Below, in pieces: positions 24,885 to 27,774 of a DNA stretch of 27,774 nucleotides; within the stretch, counting starts at the first letter, position 1; the number at the start of each line of letters is the position of its first letter. The position numbers and the translations under genes were made by a program. The notes under the pieces were generated by a model. It was not told where the DNA came from, ran no database searches, and saw nothing but the letters and a program-made list of their open reading frames with translations. Source of the DNA: a virus (lineage: Duplodnaviria > Caudoviricetes); the IMG/VR virus record IMGVR_UViG_3300011335_000668, positions 1 to 27,774 of that record. One strand, written 5' to 3'.

Positions 24885-25399
24885 TTGCGGCCACCCGGGA
24901 TGACGTTGAACGGGCCGTCGTCCTCAAACCTAGTGCTACCTATCAAAGGTCGTTCATTGGAAGAGGCACCACCACCACTACCCGCGCGGGGTTCGTGAGC
25001 CGTTGCCTCGCCGTTGGAACGCCCGTTCAACGTCCGTTCAACAGCCGTTGCCTCTTTGCGAGCCTTGCCGGAAGCGATACCGGCCCTTCGCTTCTGCTCG
25101 ATATTGGCCTGCGCTTTGGCAAACTCAGCAATAATCGCCGGCGATTGGATGCGGCCATTCGTGACTGTGCAGTCCGCAAGCACACTGCTTCGGATGGCCT
25201 TCCACTTGGCAACAGACAGGCGGAGGTTTTTGGCAAGCCACTTGTCATCATCGCGGACTGCGCCGCCATTCTCCCAAAGGAGCATATTGAGATAACAAAG
25301 AGCGGAATGCTCAAGATGGTCTAGCGTGCTAGCGGTAGCGCGGTGATCCTTGATGAACCACGGCATCCAAAGCGTCGCCTTTGGGGTTTCGCTGGTCAT
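24881..25399 (-). CDS. DUF1376/YdaU-like replication initiator (172 aa)
   Basis: WMPWFIKDHRATASTLDHLEHSALCYL..LLW...DDDKWLA; KRRAGIASGKARK. Contains iteron-like repeats. Confidence 0.8.
   Translation of the reverse strand: MTSETPKATLWMPWFIKDHRATASTLDHLEHSALCYLNMLLWENGGAVRDDDKWLAKNLRLSVAKWKAIRSSVLADCTVTNGRIQSPAIIAEFAKAQANIEQKRRAGIASGKARKEATAVERTLNGRSNGEATAHEPRAGSGGGASSNERPLIGSTRFEDDGPFNVIPGGRK
25000..25055. repeat. iteron-like array, probable replication origin
   Basis: CCGTT core at 25000, 25011, 25023, 25034 and 25045 (11-12 bp period). Confidence 0.65.
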
Positions 25400-25569
25400 T
25401 CCGGCCCCCCTTCATTCAGGTTAGCCGAAAGGGCGTGCCAAGCTTCTTGATGCGTGATCGCGCCCATTTCGATCAGCAGATCAAGCAACGTCCACGCCGG
25501 GACTGTTTCCATCATGACGACAATGCCGCGCAGTTCGTCAATGTGCTTGCAGCGGGGAAGCGCAATCAT
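25396..25569 (-). CDS. hypothetical protein (57 aa), not in the ORF track
   Basis: MIALPRCKHIDELRGIVVMMETVPAWTLLDLLIEMGAITHQEAWHALSANLNEGGPE; ATGA overlaps at both ends. Confidence 0.65.
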   Translation of the reverse strand: MIALPRCKHIDELRGIVVMMETVPAWTLLDLLIEMGAITHQEAWHALSANLNEGGPE

Positions 25570-25733
25570 GCCAGCGCCCCCATGCTTTCGAGTTCGCGGA
25601 TCATGGCCCGCAACAGCATTTCGGAGCCGCGCTCGGCCTCGCGCCGCAGGAAGTCGTCCCGTGCGCTTATGTAATCGAATTTAGGGGTGTCTTGCGCGGA
25701 CGGAATCCGCGCGGTAAGGGGAATCGTAGCCAT
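25566..25733 (-). CDS. hypothetical protein (55 aa), head of the replication block
   Basis: CAGGAG then ATG at 25731-25733 (MATIPLTARIP...). ATGA coupling downstream. Confidence 0.7.
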   Translation of the reverse strand: MATIPLTARIPSAQDTPKFDYISARDDFLRREAERGSEMLLRAMIRELESMGALA

Positions 25734-25806
25734 CGGTCGCTCCTGATTAGCGATTGAGGTCAGGCTCGGATCAGCTCGGCAAAAGCTGGTTCGGGCCGTT
25801 TCTTTT
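25727..25806 (+). ncRNA. putative antisense RNA over the RBS and start of 25566-25733 (ends approximate)
   Basis: Plus-strand TTGCGC-17-TAAGGG promoter, anti-SD hairpin, and a 14-bp terminator stem with a T-tract that pairs fully only on the plus strand. Confidence 0.55.
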
Positions 25807-25860
25807 CCTAGCACAGCATCATCAGTTAACAAACCAAAAACGCGTGCAGAGTCATGTGGT

Positions 25861-25869
25861 TGTGGATAA
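25861..25869 (-). promoter_or_regulatory. consensus DnaA box TTATCCACA
   Basis: Plus strand TGTGGATAA at 25861-25869, intergenic, upstream of the replication genes. Confidence 0.4.
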
Positions 25870-25870
25870 A

Positions 25871-26299
25871 TCACCGCGCCCCCTCGGGGTCGGTAAGCGT
25901 CACCCCTTGCTCGGCACCTTGGCGCTGGATTGCGTCCATAAACGCCCGCATTTGCGGCACGGTCATTTGGCTTGTGACAGGCACGTATTCCATTGCCGCC
26001 AGCTTTTCGGGATAGCTGAGAGGCTTTAGCGCCTTGTCATAGAACGCCCGGAACGCCTCGTTTTCAGAGCGCAGGATCGGCACCCCGATTGTCAGCTTCC
26101 ATTCCTTTTGCACCTCGTCAGCCGTGCGGTCGCCAAGGGCAGATGCAAACTCGCCAGCCCAACGCCACATCAGCTTGTTCTGCCGGTCGCTGCGATCTTC
26201 GCCCTTGCGCCATTCATTTGTGAACGGGCGCTCCAAGGATGCCAGGAGCTTGCCCAGCGCGTCGAAGTCGGCTTCGGTGCGGATCACGCGGCTAGGCAT
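25871..26299 (-). CDS. ninB: NinB-family recombination protein (142 aa)
   Basis: RSDRQNKLMWRWAGEFA and TSQMTVPQMRAFMDAI...GAEQGVTL NinB motifs. ATG at 26299. Confidence 0.8.
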   Translation of the reverse strand: MPSRVIRTEADFDALGKLLASLERPFTNEWRKGEDRSDRQNKLMWRWAGEFASALGDRTADEVQKEWKLTIGVPILRSENEAFRAFYDKALKPLSYPEKLAAMEYVPVTSQMTVPQMRAFMDAIQRQGAEQGVTLTDPEGAR

Positions 26300-26621
26300 T
26301 GCGGTGCGCCTCGATCTCGCGGCGAACCGGGCTAGACCGGACGAAAGCAGCGATGATCGCCGCAATATCTTTGCCCTGCCAGAAGCTAACCTCACCCATG
26401 TTGTGTTGCCGCGCGTGGCAGTCCTTACAAAGGGCCACAGCGAAGTAATCGGATGGCTTGCGGCCCATCCCGTGATCGCTGCCGATACGAACGTGCGCGG
26501 CCTCAATAGGGGCGCTGGCGTCACAGTTTACGCAGGCGTGTTCCCGCACATGGCGAAGGTGGCGCTGCGACTTGAAGCGCGCGCCCTCCTTTTTCGCCTT
26601 GGGGATTTTGCGGATCAACAT
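26292..26621 (-). CDS. DUF968-like/HNH-type Zn nuclease (109 aa)
   Basis: HLRHVREHACVNC...EAAHVR...GMGRKPSD..AVALCKDCHARQH. Confidence 0.8.
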   Translation of the reverse strand: MLIRKIPKAKKEGARFKSQRHLRHVREHACVNCDASAPIEAAHVRIGSDHGMGRKPSDYFAVALCKDCHARQHNMGEVSFWQGKDIAAIIAAFVRSSPVRREIEAHRNA

Positions 26622-26674
26622 GGTTAGTATCCGGTGAGCAAGCGTGGTAAACGCACGTTAAGAAATAAAAAGGT

Positions 26675-26738
26675 TGGCAGACTTCGCGCTCCCGGCCTGC
26701 CAGCGGGAGAGAAAACCGGGCTAACCCGGCGGCGCGAA
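26675..26738 (-). ncRNA. structured element: three-way junction plus pseudoknot after the SSB gene
   Basis: P1 TTCGCG/CGCGAA, P2 CCGGG/CCCGG, P3 CTCCCG/CGGGAG; loop TGGCAGGC pairs with downstream GTCTGCCA. Confidence 0.55.
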
Positions 26739-26739
26739 C

Positions 26740-27066
26740 CTAGAAGGGCACATCATCCGACAAGTCCTGATGCACAGGAGCGAACCCGCCGCCACCTTGC
26801 GCGGGCTGCTTGTCTTTCAGCTTGAACTTGAGGGACTGGTATTTCTTGCCGTCGTTCGTGGTGTTCGTCCAAGCGTCCACGAAGTAGTGCTTGCCGTCGA
26901 TCACCGCGCTTCCACGGGCATTGGCGTGGCTTTCCTTTTCACGCTTGTCGTTCGAGTAGTGCTTGCCGTCGATCACCGCGCTTCCACGGGCATTGGCGTG
27001 GCTTTCCTTTTCACGCTTGTCGTTCGCGAACAGGGAGCCGGAATTGTCTTTCATTTCGTAAGCCAT
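26740..27066 (-). CDS. small single-stranded DNA-binding-like protein (108 aa as assembled; 84 aa without the duplication)
   Basis: NSGSLFANDK...G.AVIDGK.Y.VDAW...GKKYQSL and acidic DDVPF C-terminus; follows the Erf gene. Confidence 0.75.
   Translation of the reverse strand: MAYEMKDNSGSLFANDKREKESHANARGSAVIDGKHYSNDKREKESHANARGSAVIDGKHYFVDAWTNTTNDGKKYQSLKFKLKDKQPAQGGGGFAPVHQDLSDDVPF
26883..27026. repeat. 72-bp exact head-to-tail duplication (in frame)
   Basis: 26883-26954 is identical to 26955-27026. Confidence 0.95.
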
Positions 27067-27078
27067 GTGATGCAGTCC

Positions 27079-27774
27079 TTATGCGGTGAGGTAACGGGCG
27101 GTCGCTTCGGCGCAGTCGCGCATCCGGCGGTCGATAACGTCAGAGAGGGGCACGAACTCCTCTGGGCGATCCATGCCATCGGGCCAGTCGTTCCCGTCCC
27201 AAAGGTGCGGCAGTTTCTCGCGTGTCTCGCGCACGATCCGCAGGGCGTCGGGCGTCTTGAGGAACGCGTTAAGCTGGTCGGCATCGCCGCAGCCGTTCAA
27301 CTCGTGCACAAAGCCGCGAAGCTCGGTCTTGAGGGCGCTATACTGCGGAGGACGCTTTGCGGGCGCTTGCTGTTGCGGAGGCGCAGCCGCAGCCGCGTTG
27401 CCATCGTCATCCTCGACAGGCACACCGAAGGCCGTCACCAGTGCATAGCGGCGGGCATAGGTAAGCGCGGAGCCGAACCCTTGCGCGTTGGCACGGTCGG
27501 CGGGAACGAACAGGCTCCCGAGGCTCATACAATCGCCGCCCGCATGGTGCAGGATGGTTTCAATCTCAACGCCCGAAGTGTGGGGGCGCGGGTTCTGCGT
27601 GAAGAACAGGTTGTGTTTGACCAGCGCAGGTTTGATCGCCTCGATCACATTGGTGAGGTCGGCATACTTGGTCTTGAAGTGCGGGTTGTTTGCCGCCTTG
27701 GTAGCGCCTTCAATCTCGGCAAATGCTGCCGCCATCGCTTGGGCAAGGCTTTCGGCCTCGACTTTCTTGGGTGC
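27079..27774 (-). CDS. erf: Erf-family ssDNA-annealing recombinase (start probably just outside the window)
   Basis: NPHFKTKYADL, AQGFGSALTYARRYAL and EDDDGNAA motifs. The frame is open to the window end (APKKVEAESLAQAM...). Confidence 0.9.
   Translation of the reverse strand, partial: APKKVEAESLAQAMAAAFAEIEGATKAANNPHFKTKYADLTNVIEAIKPALVKHNLFFTQNPRPHTSGVEIETILHHAGGDCMSLGSLFVPADRANAQGFGSALTYARRYALVTAFGVPVEDDDGNAAAAAPPQQQAPAKRPPQYSALKTELRGFVHELNGCGDADQLNAFLKTPDALRIVRETREKLPHLWDGNDWPDGMDRPEEFVPLSDVIDRRMRDCAEATARYLTA

Noticed and set aside
25795-25830. Hammerhead-like CUGAUGA...GAAA on the minus strand
   Set aside because: The intervening sequence cannot form stem II, and no stems I or III are evident.
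143-26524. Longest-ORF starts in the track (472, 3201, 8489, 10040, 20069, 23440, 25874, 26524)
   Set aside because: They overlap upstream genes or regulatory elements. Downstream starts have an SD and/or stop-start coupling.
1-27774. CRISPR array, tRNA, IS element or integrase
   Set aside because: I saw no repeat-spacer array, cloverleaf, transposase or recombinase motifs.

Overview
A 27.8-kb stretch of a GC-rich tailed dsDNA phage (or prophage) with almost all genes on the minus strand. The host is probably an alphaproteobacterium, possibly Sphingomonadales; this is an inference from protein families. In transcription order (right to left): recombination genes (Erf, small SSB-like, DUF968-like nuclease, NinB), replication genes (DUF1376 initiator with internal iterons, SF2 helicase, Zn-finger/TOPRIM primase), small ORFs, a GIY-YIG endonuclease, and a Q-position regulator followed by a sigma70 promoter and terminator. 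A podovirus-type late operon follows: terminases, portal, scaffold, DUF4043/N4-gp56-like capsid, P22 gp4- and gp10-like tail proteins, GNAT, three ejection proteins, tail fibres, holin and a probable endolysin start. An antisense HNH gene sits directly after the capsid gene. The most interesting signals are non-coding: (1) three tandem, covarying mini-pseudoknots covering the scaffold ribosome-binding site; (2) a predicted ~80-nt antisense RNA over the RBS at the head of the replication block; (3) a three-way junction with an 8-bp pseudoknot right after the SSB gene; (4) a lambda pR'/Q-like late switch with an unfamiliar regulator. A small antisense hydrophobic ORF lies in the P22 sieA position. 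Four head-to-tail duplications (24, 116, 89, 72 bp) occur, two of which frameshift essential genes; they most likely reflect assembly artefacts. All product calls rest on motif recognition and synteny; no database search was run.
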